A stretch of DNA of 63,998 nt, the filler included, from Basidioascus undulatus (taxonomy: Eukaryota), in the NCBI GenBank assembly GCA_000826855.1. It is 6 parts of 6 records of this genome, joined end to end, with 100 filler letters (N's around TTAATTAATTAA, not from the genome) between each part and the next. Parts side by side here need not be neighbours in the genome. Positions count along the whole stretch, not along the records: positions 1 to 27,724 come from JTLS01000157.1; 5 more parts are not named here. The stretch is one strand, 5' to 3'. The position numbers and the translations under genes are program-made. Shown in pieces: positions 13,601 through 25,804 of the stretch (its first letter is position 1; each line of letters opens with the position of its first letter). The notes beneath the pieces were generated by a model, which saw nothing but the letters and a program-made list of their open reading frames with translations, had not been told where the DNA came from and did not search any database.

Positions 13601-14419
13601 GACTGCTACATCGGTGAACGGTACCCCCAGCCGCGCAGCATCGAGCGCAACTGCCTCTGCACTGAGCACGACTTCGAGTGGTGCGTTCCTACCTTCGGGT
13701 CCTGCTCGATGTCTGCAATGAGCTCACCAGGCTATCCGGCCTTCACAGCGAGTTCAACCACTACCGAGATGCGTCCGGCAACTGTGTACTCGTCTCTGGC
13801 GCGACAACGCTCGCGAACAACGACACGTGCTCGTGGGATCAGAACGAGTGGTATGAGCGTACAGCGTATCGCAAGATCCCTCACTCGACCTGCGAGGGCG
13901 GCTACCGGCCCGATCTCGGCGCCAAGCATGCCTGCCCGGCTGGCCGCAAGCACGGCTTCTTCTTCTGGGGCTCCGTCATCGTCGCGCCCTTCCTCATCGC
14001 CGGCCTGGCTGGCGCGTGGTTCTTCCGGAAACAGCAGGGCACTTCAGGGTGAGTGCTTCTTGCGCTGTCAGTCGTCTCTACCCCTGTCTCGCTGACGCGT
14101 ATGCGCTACCAGTCGGATTCGCTTGCCCGACCCGTCTTCGTACGGCGAGTCGCCCGTTGAGCGAGTCCTTGCCACGCTCGCGTCCGTCCCGTACTTCCTC
14201 ATCGGCGCAGCGGGCGTCCTCTTCTCCAAGCTCTCCGAGATTCGGATACCGTTCATCTCCGATCGACTTTCCCGCCGAAGAGGCGGGTACCGGTCATTGC
14301 CGCTTGATGGTGAGTTGTTGGTATCTTTCACGGACGCGTGAACATTCGGGGACTGACGATGTGGCTGTCGGGACGGGACTGCAGATGATGCGGTGCTGGT
14401 GGGTGGGTATGAGGATTGA
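7652..14419 (+). CDS. VPS10: Vacuolar sorting receptor Vps10/Pep1 (two VPS10 domains, Cys-rich 10CC regions, TM helix), many introns
   Basis: Signal peptide; Asp-box repeats ([41 protein letters not shown]); HEFGDQGS twice; [11 protein letters not shown] and [36 protein letters not shown]; tail GYRSLPLD. Confidence 0.95.
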
Positions 14420-14780
14420 AGGGATTGTTGGGTTTTTGGGAGTAAAATACAGAAATGCCAACGGCGATCGCGTCTGCCAATGCGTTCTCGGTGTTCAGCG
14501 AGAGCGTGGATGTGCATGACAACGCCGCAGACAATGCTGACGTGGGGATGCAGACGTATTACGATCGCATTCGGGCAAACGCTTACGCTCCATGAATTCC
14601 TGCTTATGCGAAGTCTATTATCCGGCACGTCCACCACCTGAAACGAAAAAAAGGAAGATATCCCCGAATTTAGGTGAAAATGCTGAGCAAATGACCCTGC
14701 TTGTCCGCTTCGTAAGGACTGAATCAGCCGCCAGCAGGTAAGCTTAACGCAACGAGGAAAGGATGCAACGGGAAATCGAC

Positions 14781-15955
14781 CTACACAACGACGAAGTATT
14801 CCTTCTTATGCAGCTCCTTAATATCATCATGGACCTTTTTCAGGGCGCCGCCTGCCCTACTCCGGCTGACCGCTCCGTTCGATCCCACGAGGATGCCTTG
14901 CTGCTCGCTGTACGCGACCGCCTTCTCCAGTTTGTCTTCGTTGAGAGAGTTGAGGTCGAGGATGTTGATGACGGGCTTGATGTTCGCGATCTCCAGCAGA
15001 GGCTTGAGCAGGTCTGGAGTATAGTTCATGACCCCGATGCTCCTGTGTCACGACAGCCGGGAAACTGTCAGCACTGAAAGGAGAGTTGAATGGCAGAGAC
15101 TCGCCTGGCCAGGCCAAGTGTGTTGAGCCACTCGAACTTCCGCCATACTCGAGGCCAGATCTCGAGTTTCTCGGGGTGGTGAATGAGCCTGTATGCGAGC
15201 CATGAGCCAGAAGGACGAGAAACTGTACCCCCAGAAAAACCTACCACAGATCGATCCATTTCACGCCGAGCTGCGTTCATGTGAGGAAGCTCAGTAGAGT
15301 ACGGTAGAAAGGAGCAGGAGCGACTCACGTTGGAGGCATCCTTGAACCACTCCAACTGCACGGGGTTTGTCCTATTCCGGGGTTTGTCGAACAGGCGATC
15401 GAATTTGCAGGTAATGAAGACCTCTTCCCGAGAAATCTCTTCAAGCTCAAGGGCCCGCCGAATGCTGTCCAGATTCCCGTCCTCGCCGGTTGTGTCTAGC
15501 AGTGGCAAATGTCAGTACGGATAATTTCTGTGACATTTTGCGATAAAATGGAATAGATTAGGTTCACCGAGGTGCCGATAGCCATTTCTTAGGGCTTGTC
15601 GCACAAGCGCGACTGTTTCTCCTGAGCTGAGGGAAGGATCGATGTTGAATGAAGGCGAGGGTAACCACCGACCATCATTGAGCTTGATGAGGTGATGTTC
15701 AGGGAAATTCGGTTTCGCATGAACGAGAATCTCTGGCGTCGTCACGTTGTAGTCGGGAAGGAAGGGGCCGGTCAATGTTGGCTGACCGGGGACAACAGGG
15801 TCTGGCGCAGGAGCAGCACTGGCTGCAGGAGGCGGGAAGGCTACTGGACTCTCCTGGCCAGCGGAGAAGGTGTTGAAGTCGCTGACCGCCCGTCGCTGGT
15901 GTAGAGGAGTGCAGAGTGCGAATGGGACCAGCGCGATAAGACGGAAGGCGAGCAT
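14781..15955 (-). CDS. Aldo-keto reductase-fold protein with N-terminal signal peptide and Pro-rich linker; 3' end uncertain
   Basis: MLAFRLIALVPFALCTP...IKLNDGRWLPS...QALRNGYRHL/DTTGEDGN...REEVFITCK.../LGVKWIDLW/LIHHP...WRKFEWLNTLGLAR/SIGVMNYTPDLLKPLLEIANIKPVIN; frame intact across GT-AG introns. Confidence 0.8.
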
Positions 15956-17505
15956 TTCTGTCGTCCAGGACTTGGGGTGGCGCACGGGCTTCAGAGGTAA
16001 GGAGATGGTGGGAGTTCTTTCCCCTCCCTTGTCCTGTTCATATAGCTGTTCTCCCGAAAACTGCCGAGAGATGCCGCCGAGAGAAACAGGGCAAATGTGA
16101 CACAGGCGCAGCACACCTAAAGCCGACTCAAGGGCCGTTACTGGACAGACCAGTCGCTTGACGTATATATTTGTCACACGGAGGAAACTAACATCAATAA
16201 GACAGCTTAAAGCAGTTGGAATCTCCTTTCGCAGCAGGGACGAAACAGCGGGATCCGTCCTGGGCATGCTCAGACTGCCTCTTGCGGTGAGCTGCAACAA
16301 GTCATGTCGCTTGCCTCTCAAAATAAACGCCCTGTCGATGATCTATCAGGTTAATTGAAGGCAGACTTTGCGAGAGATGGGAAGCGTACTTCGTAGTCCG
16401 AAGTGAAATATGAAACACGCTTACGGATTAGGCATTTCCGTTGTCGACTGAGGATCCATCACACTGCAGCACTGCAGGGGCGCGTTTTTGTGCTGTCGTT
16501 CATGTAACGCCCCGTGACTGTGGGTAAGTAATAAGCCCCTGAAAAGAACTTGGATTTCTTGAAGATCGGTGTTGCTGAAAAGCATAGGTGGAGTTGCGTT
16601 GTGATGGTTCTGCGGACGCACACTGGACGGGGCCAACCCAGTTTCGTAATCATAAACGTCCGCACAAGAGGTCTCTCAAAAACTAATATGCCTTCACTAT
16701 GAGGGGCAGATCAAGGTAGGAACGAAGGGGCGGAAGGCCGGTTCTTCCCAGCACGTCCTGGCACGTTCGAGCTTGGCGGGCCCGGAGAGAAAGACGCAGT
16801 AACCGACGATGACGAAAAGTATGGGGGGAAGGTTGAACATTGGCGGTACTGAAGCGCGGTTATGTACTTTCGAGCACGTCAGACTGTCTTTGTTATGTAG
16901 CATGTGATGGCGGCTGAAAATGTGGCTGCGGGTTCTCTAACCCATTGTTGGGACAAAGTCCGCCTCTTCTGACACCGTGATTCAGACCGCAGCACGGCCC
17001 TCTCCTTGAACGTCTTGTAAATTGACATCGGTGAATTTTAAGATAATCATAAGTCTTCCAAAAACATGGCCTGAACGCCCTCATGGCACAGCGACACATT
17101 GCGAGCAGAAATGTACCGCCCGCGCGCGTTTCGCGACCACCTGCTGCAGGTTTGCTGCCATCGAACGGCTACACTATCAAAAATGTCCTTGGCTAATAGG
17201 AAATTGGTGAAGCTCTCACGTAACGAGTTCGCTCGTTGCGCGCCTGGCTGACTTCCGTGCAATTGCTGTCGGCGAACCACGCTCAACAGCTCACAGCTCA
17301 CGATCAGAGTGCAAACCGAGACGTCACCATTTTTAGAATTCATAATTTACATGCAGGTGTATTGTGCAGATTTCGTTGCCATTTCAATCCGTATCAAACG
17401 TTCAGTATCAATAATCTACCCTCAGATACCCAGCATGTCAGTCCTGCCCAGCGACGCAGCGAATGCAACTTCCAGCGCCCAGCTCGCTCTCGGCCCACGC
17501 ACCTT

Positions 17506-18506
17506 TTACTCAGTCGTCATAGCGTTCCCTTCCACAGCGCCCTGGCCCACATCCTGCGCGGTCCCATTCACCCATTCCTTGCCGCACTCCGACTGGGCAT
17601 ACGGCTCGACCTTCTCGGCGAGCTTAGGCTCAGCGTTCTCGAGCGCCTGGTACCACGCGAGGACGCAGTCGGAGCAGATCGCGGGCTGACCCTCCACGAC
17701 GAGCTCGGCACGGGCGGACGCGTTCGTGAAGAGGTTCTCGATGTACGAGGCGGAGATGTTGGTGTCCAGGATCGACTCGAGGCGTGTGAAAACGGTCTCG
17801 ACGCAGAAGGGCGAGGAGTCGGTGTCGTTCGCGGAGTCGGTACTGTTCGCCACAACGGTGGCGTTGTTACTGTGCACCATGGAATCTTGTCTTGGCGAGC
17901 TCCGCGAAATCGTACCGTATAAGACAGAAGACGCACCTCTCATCGGTCAAACACACCGCCTGCCGCGCAATGGGATAATCCTTCACAGCGTGCTCGAGCA
18001 CGGTCCTGAGATCGACGTGGTACCGCTTCGCGTCGCTGGAGCAGGCCTCGAGCACCTGGTCGCTCGCCTCGGAGAGTGTCTCGTTCGTACAGGGCGGAGA
18101 GCCGCAGAGGTCCTCCAGATAATGCGTCGTCGGAGGAACGAGCGAGTCTTCCGGAGACAGGAACCAGAAGGGGACCTGAAAGACCGATTGCGAGCAGTTA
18201 GGTTTTATGGGTTAGGCCTCCATAAAACCCTATGCGGTGAGACTATGCAGTACTCACCAGGGACGGAACTTGAAGACAGGTAGACAGATTCGACGAGAAG
18301 AGAAGGGATGAAACAGTTTCCACACAAAGCTAGAACGCGGACGACAGTCAGCTTCAGCGGCGCCTCACAAGAGGGACACATCGACTTGCCTGTGAGACGT
18401 TGTAACCGTAGAATGTCATCGTCTCATTGTCCTCCGATCCTTTGGCACTAACCACCGCAGCGATCGTGGCCGCGGCAAGCGCGCGAGAGGCAGTTTTGGT
18501 GAACAT
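17506..18506 (-). CDS. Secreted Cys-rich protein, paralogue of 20223-21348, no GPI-like tail
   Basis: Signal MFTKTASRALAAATIAAVVSA; GC-AG first intron (GCAAGT at 18389); LCVETVSSLLFSSNLSTCL / SLVPPTTHYLEDLCGSPPCTNETL...ACSSD...DYPIARQAVCL / PFCVETV...ICSDCV...ECGKEWVNG...MTTE*. Confidence 0.8.
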
Positions 18507-20222
18507 TGTGATAAGTTAGTGGTGGGCGTAAGGTCGGATGGTGGGTGTGGCGAAGATGTGTTGCTGGCCTGCAAAGTCCTTATATCAACCGCACTTCCTC
18601 GGGCCCCGCGTGCTCGGCATGACATACACTGGGGAGTATTCCTTTCTTATTTTCTTCTCGCTCACCGGTCAGCAGGTTGTGCGCGGCTCCGGGTTGTAGG
18701 TACGGGCGGCGGGCGATGATGAGAGGGAGGACGTCGGTCGACGTCCATGGCTGTCGACTTGACGTCACTCACACACTCGGCAGTGAAAGTTTGCGGCCGA
18801 GGAGCTTGGTAGGCCTCGACCTCGACGACCTCGAGAGCGAGATACAAGAACTCTTGAGAAGTTCCAAGAGATGTTGATTAAAGGCTGAGAGCGCTGTGGA
18901 TCTGGGTTTGGCGAGTGGCGAGGGTGGGGATCGGTAGGCCCGCGTGAGCGCGCTGCGTGTCTGCGAGAAAGTGCGGCTTGTGCTCGGTCAGAGTATCATT
19001 TGAGTATCATCTGGTGCTTTCTATCGTGGGATGTGTAGACATCTCAATAGTGCATATTGCACATCGGAGGCGTTTGCCAGGCCTTTTGGTCACGCACGCG
19101 TACAATGGTATCCAAAGTACAGATATTCAGACAACGCACTTCACATATCGAACCCGCCTCACCGCAAGGGTAACGGCCGCCGAAGGCACCATATTACTGG
19201 AAGACTGCGCCACCACTGCGGGTGCCCAGGAGGTTGTGGCCGCTGGCGCTGTGGCGGGCTTGTCGGGCCGTGTCGCCAACCGCTCTCGCCACTTGCTCAA
19301 CAGCGTGTGCGCCCTGCGCAGCGGCCTGGAAAGCACGGTGTTCACCGTCACATCTGCTTGCACAAGTATGGTGTCTCCGGCGTTCACTATGAGCAAGGCG
19401 GGCGGCCGTACGATCGCGCAGGCGCCTCTCCAGAGCAGATGCCTGCCGGTCCAGGCGGCCATCTCGACACTGAGTTGCCAGCCTACCCCGGCAAGGATCC
19501 GCGCGACTTGGAAACGGCTCGGAACGGCTCCAGTTCTGGACATGGAAGACCTGTGGAAATCTTTCAGAGCTCCTCAGAAAGAAGACACTTCCTATGGCGC
19601 TGTTCCCATAATGTTCCATTGTGAAGACAGAGTGAAGCGTGCTTCCAACCTCAGTACAAGCCTTCAAGACCGCCTGCTCATTTGGGTGCACACCTTCAAA
19701 GGATCGGAAAGTCCTCGCCAGCGTAATTCTCTCCTTGGTCTCTGTGCTTTCGGAGCACGCCAGGTGAAAATTTTGCGTCAACGTGGGTGAACATGTATGG
19801 CAGCTGAGCGATGTAGCGCCTCATCGCGCCGAGCAGTCGTGATGACATCATCTGAGTCGAATCTAATCGGGCGTTGTAGAATATCGCGGAACTGTTGACG
19901 GATGAGGCAGGCCTTCTTTTTTTCTTTCGCAGCGTCTCTTCATCGTAAACAAGGAATGTTTTCACCATCAATCTTCGGAGAGTAGCAAACAATCATTACT
20001 TTCAAACGGGGTGCTCGATCTGTCAAAGGACGGCCGAGGCTGTGCATGAGGCACTTGTCCGACTCGTCCGCAGCCCCCTGTGCTCGTTTCATCGTCACGC
20101 GCAGCCTCTCGGTCCCTTGGCTGATTGATCTTGTTCCCCTACCACCATCTTCTCACCCATCCTCATACTAGCATTTGCATCTCCGCGTATACTTGCATAC
20201 AGCTTTTATTGCAATCAGCACC

Positions 20223-21348
20223 ATGGTCTTCTTCAACCCCCGTCGGGCTGCCCTCGCCGCCGCGCTGGTCGCTGCGTCGTCCGTGAACGCCCAGGATATC
20301 GGATCCATCTTGTCCAAGTGTGTTCTCATTTGATGGGAATGCGAGGCGGCAGTGGTGCTGAATGGTCTTCTTCCAAAGCACGACGAGCTCCTGCCGAACG
20401 GGAGCCGCGTCCCTTCTGCTCTCGCTTGGCGACTGTCTAGCGATCGGCCAGCTTGTGCGTCCGCGTCTATCCTCTCATTTGAATCCCACGTCTATAGCTG
20501 AAGCGACAACCCCTCAGGCCTCCGCCTACACCTCGTCTCAGTCCGGTTCGGTCGTTCCGCAGGTGAACGACTACCTCTCGACCTTCTGCGGCAAGACCTG
20601 CTCCGAGCAGGACCTCCAAAACGGCCGCAACACGATCAACTCCAATTGCGCGGAGGACATTCAGAACGGCAACACTGTTGTGCTCGTCCTGCAAGGCCTG
20701 CTGGAGAACTACGACGGCATTAAGGAGGCCGGGTGCTTGAAGAACGGGTGAGTGGCGGGTTGCCGTCTTAAGGTGATTGCTCACGAAGACGGTGGCGGTG
20801 CAGTGACACCTTCTGCGTCTCCGAGACGCTCAACAACGTCCAGTCTTCGACGGGTCAGGACATCACCGTCTCGTGGATCACCTCGATCGCTTCTGGCAAC
20901 AAGACGGCGATTGACTCCCTGGCCGGCCTGCCGGACAACGTCCTGTGCTCCACTTGCAACAAGGTGCGTCTTCGTCCTCATTCGCTCGGTCAAGTTCGCT
21001 CGGTGCAAGTCCGCTGGGTGCGAACTGGCCGCTAACGCCGCCTGTGCCTTTCAGGGTATCTACAAGTGCGACTCTCCGCCTTCCCTTGCCCTTTCCTTTC
21101 CGTCGTACTGACGTACTTTCCCATCCAACAGCGCCGTGAAGGAGAACAACGCGACGGCGACGCAGCCTCTCGAGTCAATCGTCTCCAACAAGTGCGGCTC
21201 CGACTTCGTCCAGGGTGGCGTCCCCAGCAACCTCACCAACTCCGCCTCGAACAACACGGACAACGGCGCGTTCGCTGCGGCCCCCGTCGTGGCGCTCGCG
21301 CTGTCCGCAGGCGCGGCGGTCATGGGCACTCTGGTGCTGGCGCTCTGA
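20223..21348 (+). CDS. Secreted Cys-rich protein with GPI-anchor-like C-terminus
   Basis: Signal MVFFNPRRAALAAALVAASSVNA; SCRTGAASLLLSLGDCL / SVVPQVNDYLSTFCGKTCSEQDL...NCAED...NYDGIKEAGCL / TFCVSET...LCSTCNK / KCGSDFVQG...NGAFAAAPVVALALSAGAAVMGTLVLAL*. Confidence 0.85.
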
Positions 21349-21800
21349 GCTCGATGACGATGGGTTTTGTGACTGCTGGATGAGAGCGCATTGCATTGGA
21401 TGGCTTGGACGAGCAACGTATCGCTGCAGCTATTCGCATCACGGACTGTTCTTTTTGATCTTTTCCTTCTTTGTTTCCTATTCTGGCACGATGCATACAT
21501 GATTATTAACTTCGAGATCCAAGCTTGTTTCACGGACCTCGTTTGGAAGTGGTCGCAGGGGATCTTGCGGTCGGTCCTTGTGCTGCTTGCGGTCGGTCAT
21601 TGCGCTGATTGCTTCGCTCTATATCATCGCCTCGAGGAACAGTCTTATAGCATGCTTTAGTCGTTACTGTGAAAGTAAAGAAAGCGTGAGTGCAAGAGCG
21701 ACTAGTCGCTTTCGGCATTCAGAAATCCTTTCGGCCTCCGAGGCCTCCCTTGAACGCGCTCGCCTCGCGTCCTACCCCACTAATTTCCATCCCAAACACC

Positions 21801-22825
21801 ATGTCTGCCCCAAAACGCGTAAAGGTGCTTCGCATACGCTGAAGCTGCGTACTCAAATTGCCGTACTCACACTCGCTGGACCACGTCAGGGCCTCACCAT
21901 CTCGCGCCCGATCCTGGTCGGCAACACTGCGCGCCCGCTCACGCAGCTCGAGCGCGAGTCGGAATCGATCGACCCGAACCACACGCACCGCTGGACGTTC
22001 GCGCTCCGCTCGCCCGCGCCGCCTGCGTCGAAGGCGGAGGGTGCCGCGGCGGTCTCGACCAGCCGCAAGGTCGGGGGCAGGCGCGTGCCGGGCATCGACG
22101 AGGAGGGCGTGGAAGGCGGGGACGACCTGGCGCTGGGCACGTGGATCAAGAAGGTCACTGTGAAGCTCCACGAGACATATTCCAATCCGATGAGAAGTGA
22201 GTGCGCAGGGGTGATCTATGGGAGAAGGGCTTGGGCGAGTTCGAGGGAGATGGGCACTGATGCGTGGGCTGGGTGGCGCGGGCAGCACTTGAGCAACCAC
22301 CATTTGTGATTAGCGAGACAGGATGGGGAGAGTTCGAGCTCGTGATCAGGGTGCACTTTGTCCCTGAATCGGGCGAGCGCCCATTAACGATGCATCACAT
22401 GCTCAAGGTACGCCAGCACCCTCACGCTCCCTGCCCGACTGTCCGCTCAACTCCTCTCCCCGCAGCTTCATCCCTGGAAAGAAGACCTGCCCGCCCCGCT
22501 CCCTCCCCCCTCCGATCCCACCGCGCCTCCCCTCGCCCCACCGCCGCGGCCGCCCGTCGTCCACTCATGGCAGTACGACGAGATCGTCTTCACCGACCCA
22601 TACGAGTCGTTCTACCAGCTCCTTCTCGCGCACCCGCCCGCGCCGCTCGCGCCCCAGGGCGGCGCCAAGCCGCATGGGTACATCGTCAGCCAGGAGATGG
22701 AGGCGCAGGAGGGCGCGCGCTTGGTCGAGGCGAGGAAGAACGTCGTCAATGTGATTGGAAGGCTGCGGGAGAAGCTCATTAAGGCTGAGAAGGAGCTAGA
22801 GGCGCTGAAGACTGGCGGTGCTTGA
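21801..22825 (+). CDS. YAF9: YEATS-domain protein Yaf9 (NuA4/SWR1)
   Basis: [79 protein letters not shown]-terminal coiled coil. Confidence 0.93.
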
Positions 22826-22850
22826 TTTGTTGCATGAAGTGTTGTTGTAC

Positions 22851-22884
22851 GAGCCTGTGTGGAGCCTGTGTGGAGCCTGTGTGG
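22851..22884. repeat. 11-bp tandem repeat x3 (GAGCCTGTGTG) just 3' of the YAF9 stop
   Basis: gagcctgtgtg gagcctgtgtg gagcctgtgtg read directly. Confidence 0.9.
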
Positions 22885-23371
22885 TACGCTGTGAGGCGTG
22901 TCGCCCCTGCTACGTCCTCTAGCTTGCTTTCTTCGAGCAGTGCCATGCACTGATTCTCTGGCTCGGCATGTACGTCGATCGCACGCATTCCTCCTTTCAA
23001 CATTAAAAGAAGGTCTGAAAATAACAAGGGTCTTATGGAAGAACAAGTATGCCAGTGTCGCAGGAAGACGTAGTGCGTGCACGCCACTTACTTGCAGTAC
23101 TGCTGAGCAACTTCGGCGGGGGAGACGGCGGAGGCACGCTTGCCGTACGTGGAGAAAAGTATATCTTCAGATGCCACGGCGTCATGGCTCACTGACAATA
23201 TCAAAAGTAGTGCTCAGATCTGTAAGCGTGCAGGGAGCGCAGAAGTTGCTAAAACGAAGTGAGGCGCACGGTTTTCGCAGAGAGTACTAGCGGCTTCTCT
23301 GAGAAGCATTGCTTGTTCCTCTCGCAGACTTAGTACATCGCAGCCGTGTCGAAGTCGCATCCGTATGTGTT

Positions 23372-23870
23372 TCAGCGGTCGAACTTCAACGCGGACTTGA
23401 GGATGCCGCTGACGCTGGCGTCGAGCTCCGGGACCGCCAGCATGATGCCGGTCACTACCTGGAAAAAAAGGGATCAATCGAAATGTGAGTAGACTGGTGA
23501 GGTGACTTGCGGAACGTGAGTGATACGCTAAGGGAAGAATCTGCGCCGCCCAGCGGCCCAAGCGGCGAGGATTGTTAAAGCATAGTCGCCTGTCGTAGAT
23601 CGCCGCTAGGGAGGAGAGGCGCTGGCTGTACTGTGTTTTGAGCAGGGTTGTGAGGGCGTCCGCCTTGCCGTATATGTCGTTCCCGAAGGCCTTCGTCCGC
23701 TCGAGCGACGGCCGGTCCACGAGCTGATCCAATTCGAGATCGTGCGCGAGGTAGTCTGCGTGCACGCGCGAGACGTGCCGGACATCGATGAGGGCGCACT
23801 GCCGAAGAGCTCTTCGTATGTGCTGTGGCCTGGGTATTGTGATCGGACCCTGACGGTGAGAAGCGACCAA
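23372..23870 (-). CDS. Hypothetical protein; 5' end unresolved
   Basis: Gene-like frame ...DYLAHDLELDQLVDRPSLERTKAFGNDIYGKADALTTLLK..., intron ending ttttttccag, then VVTGIMLAVPELDASVSGILKSALKFDR*. Confidence 0.35.
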
Positions 23871-24576
23871 ACCGATAGCTACGAGGCGACAAAGTCGGTG
23901 GCAACAACGCCAACATGATCTGGGCTGTATTGCTGGTTCTTATGCTTTCATTGGTGCTTCGTGCACTTTCTCTGGTAGCATGTGAGTTCTGTTGAGACAG
24001 GCCATCCAATCCAACTGCCATGAAGGAGCCCTAAACCCACTTTTCAAGGTGGTGCCTGCAAGCTTCGAGAGGCTTCAGCCCTGAAAGAAAATCCCTAGCG
24101 GTTGGTCAAGCTGTACAAGAGGCATGAAAACTCTTATCTTCTACCCCCACCACAGTGGCATGATCCAAATCCCCAGAAGAGAAAGAAAAAGAACCAACGA
24201 GAAGGGTCGCGGCCTTCTGCTTTTGTTCAGTCCGCCTCGCAGGATGGTATGAACTTGCACCCTTATGGGATCCGTTGAGTTCGACCGCAGACTACCAGAA
24301 AAATTCATCCAACGGCGGGTTTGTCGCTTCTGGCTGGACTGATGGCGCAGCCGCAAGATGTGCCAGGCGAGGGGTTTCTACATTTGCACATCGGACGCTG
24401 GACGTTGTGTACTGTGCGTCCGACTCTTAACACCCTAGCCAACCCAGAATTAAAACAATACAACCTCACAACATGCCAAGATCCATGTTTGGCGCTTGTG
24501 TGACTGACAACGGATGCCGCCGTCGGGTTTGCCACAGGTCCCGGCTCCTTCAACGTTCAACTCTTCCTCCACCCAC

Positions 24577-24636
24577 CACCCGTGCACCTACACCCACTCA
24601 CCTACACCCACGCATCTACACCCGTGCACCTACACC
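24577..24636. repeat. 14-bp minisatellite x4 (CACCCRYKCAYCTA)
   Basis: CACCCGTGCACCTA CACCCACTCACCTA CACCCACGCATCTA CACCCGTGCACCTA. Confidence 0.9.
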
Positions 24637-24711
24637 TGCGATCACGCTGACAAGCGCACTCCATCACTTCAGCTCTCACCTATAGTTCTCGTACCAAAGT
24701 CGCTGCACCTC

Positions 24712-25804
24712 ATGGACCACAAGCTCTCCCCACTGTATGTGAGTCCACTACTCTGTCTAAACCATCTATCTCATCCGTTTCCTGACCTTTGGAGCGTGAA
24801 TATCAGCCTCGTGCTCAGCGTTGCCTTGTCCAGACCATCAGTCTTCGCCATCATGTTTCGATCAAACTTCTCGGCGAGAGCCTTCTGCATCTCGAGCACC
24901 GCGGTTCTGTTCTGTCGAGATACATACGTCGACATTCTCATCGACACGCAGGCTTGCTTCGTTCGGAGAGCCTGCTCGACTCGACGGCACTTGCCTTTGT
25001 TCTTCCGCGCCTTACCGGTTTGCAGTCGTTTACTTGCGCTGCGACGATGCCATGCGCTCAGCAGCGGTGGCTCCGACACTCTTGTCTGGCTCGAGGTCGA
25101 CATCGACGTAAAGCAGACCGACGCCCAATGCGAACTCTTCCTTCTCGCACTGAACCGCTTCGCGCACCTTCGTTGTCTTGTTCTGGCGTACGCAGAAAAG
25201 GAACCTATGCCTCACGGACACCGGTCAGCCATGATCTGCCCAATCTCAAAACACTCGACATTTGAAATCTAACATGCTTTTCCTGGTTGAAAGAAGCTGT
25301 CTTTTCTGAACTCCGCGCCATGATTTTCGTACAGGGTAGATGGGATGGAATCCTTCCTCAAAATGGTTGCATGGGAGCCACTTGCGGTACCTTCAAATCC
25401 GCGTGGATCACACAGAGGCAGGTCTTTGGATCATGCTTGAGTTGTGCCCCCAACTTCGACGGCTGAAGCTCTCAGTCCCAATGTCAAACTTCATACGATC
25501 ATTGCCGACTTCACTAGCTCATATTGAACTGGGGTTCTCACGCACTTCTGCCCGCTTCCGCACGACTATGGAACAGTTTCTCTCCGTTATCATTGAGAAA
25601 CCCCCAAAGCAGCTCGAACCGGTCAGATAAGTTTGCGACGGACGGACAGACCTTGCAGCGGAACGAGACTTTCTTGGGGCGACGGAGCCAGATGGGGACT
25701 TTCCGGAATGGGCGCACGAGATGAGTTCGAAGCTTGAACGTTGCGGGATACAGTTGCGAGACGAGGAAAACACCACTGTCAAATTGGTGCCCTCCGGTGG
25801 GTAG
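24712..25804 (+). pseudogene. LRR/RNI-like pseudogene (probably F-box family) with in-frame stops
   Basis: LNRFAHLRCLVL, EI*HAFPG*KKLSFL, HGSHLRYLQIRVDHTEAGLWIMLELCPQLRRLKL, LPTSLAHIEL, PVR*V, LERCGIQLRDE. Confidence 0.6.

Noticed and set aside
18384..18389. GC-AG intron and 9-17-nt microexons elsewhere
   Set aside because: Real but common in basidiomycete genes
18957..19992. Overlapping ORFs between the Cys-rich paralogues
   Set aside because: No recognisable motif or consistent exon structure; a relic gene cannot be excluded
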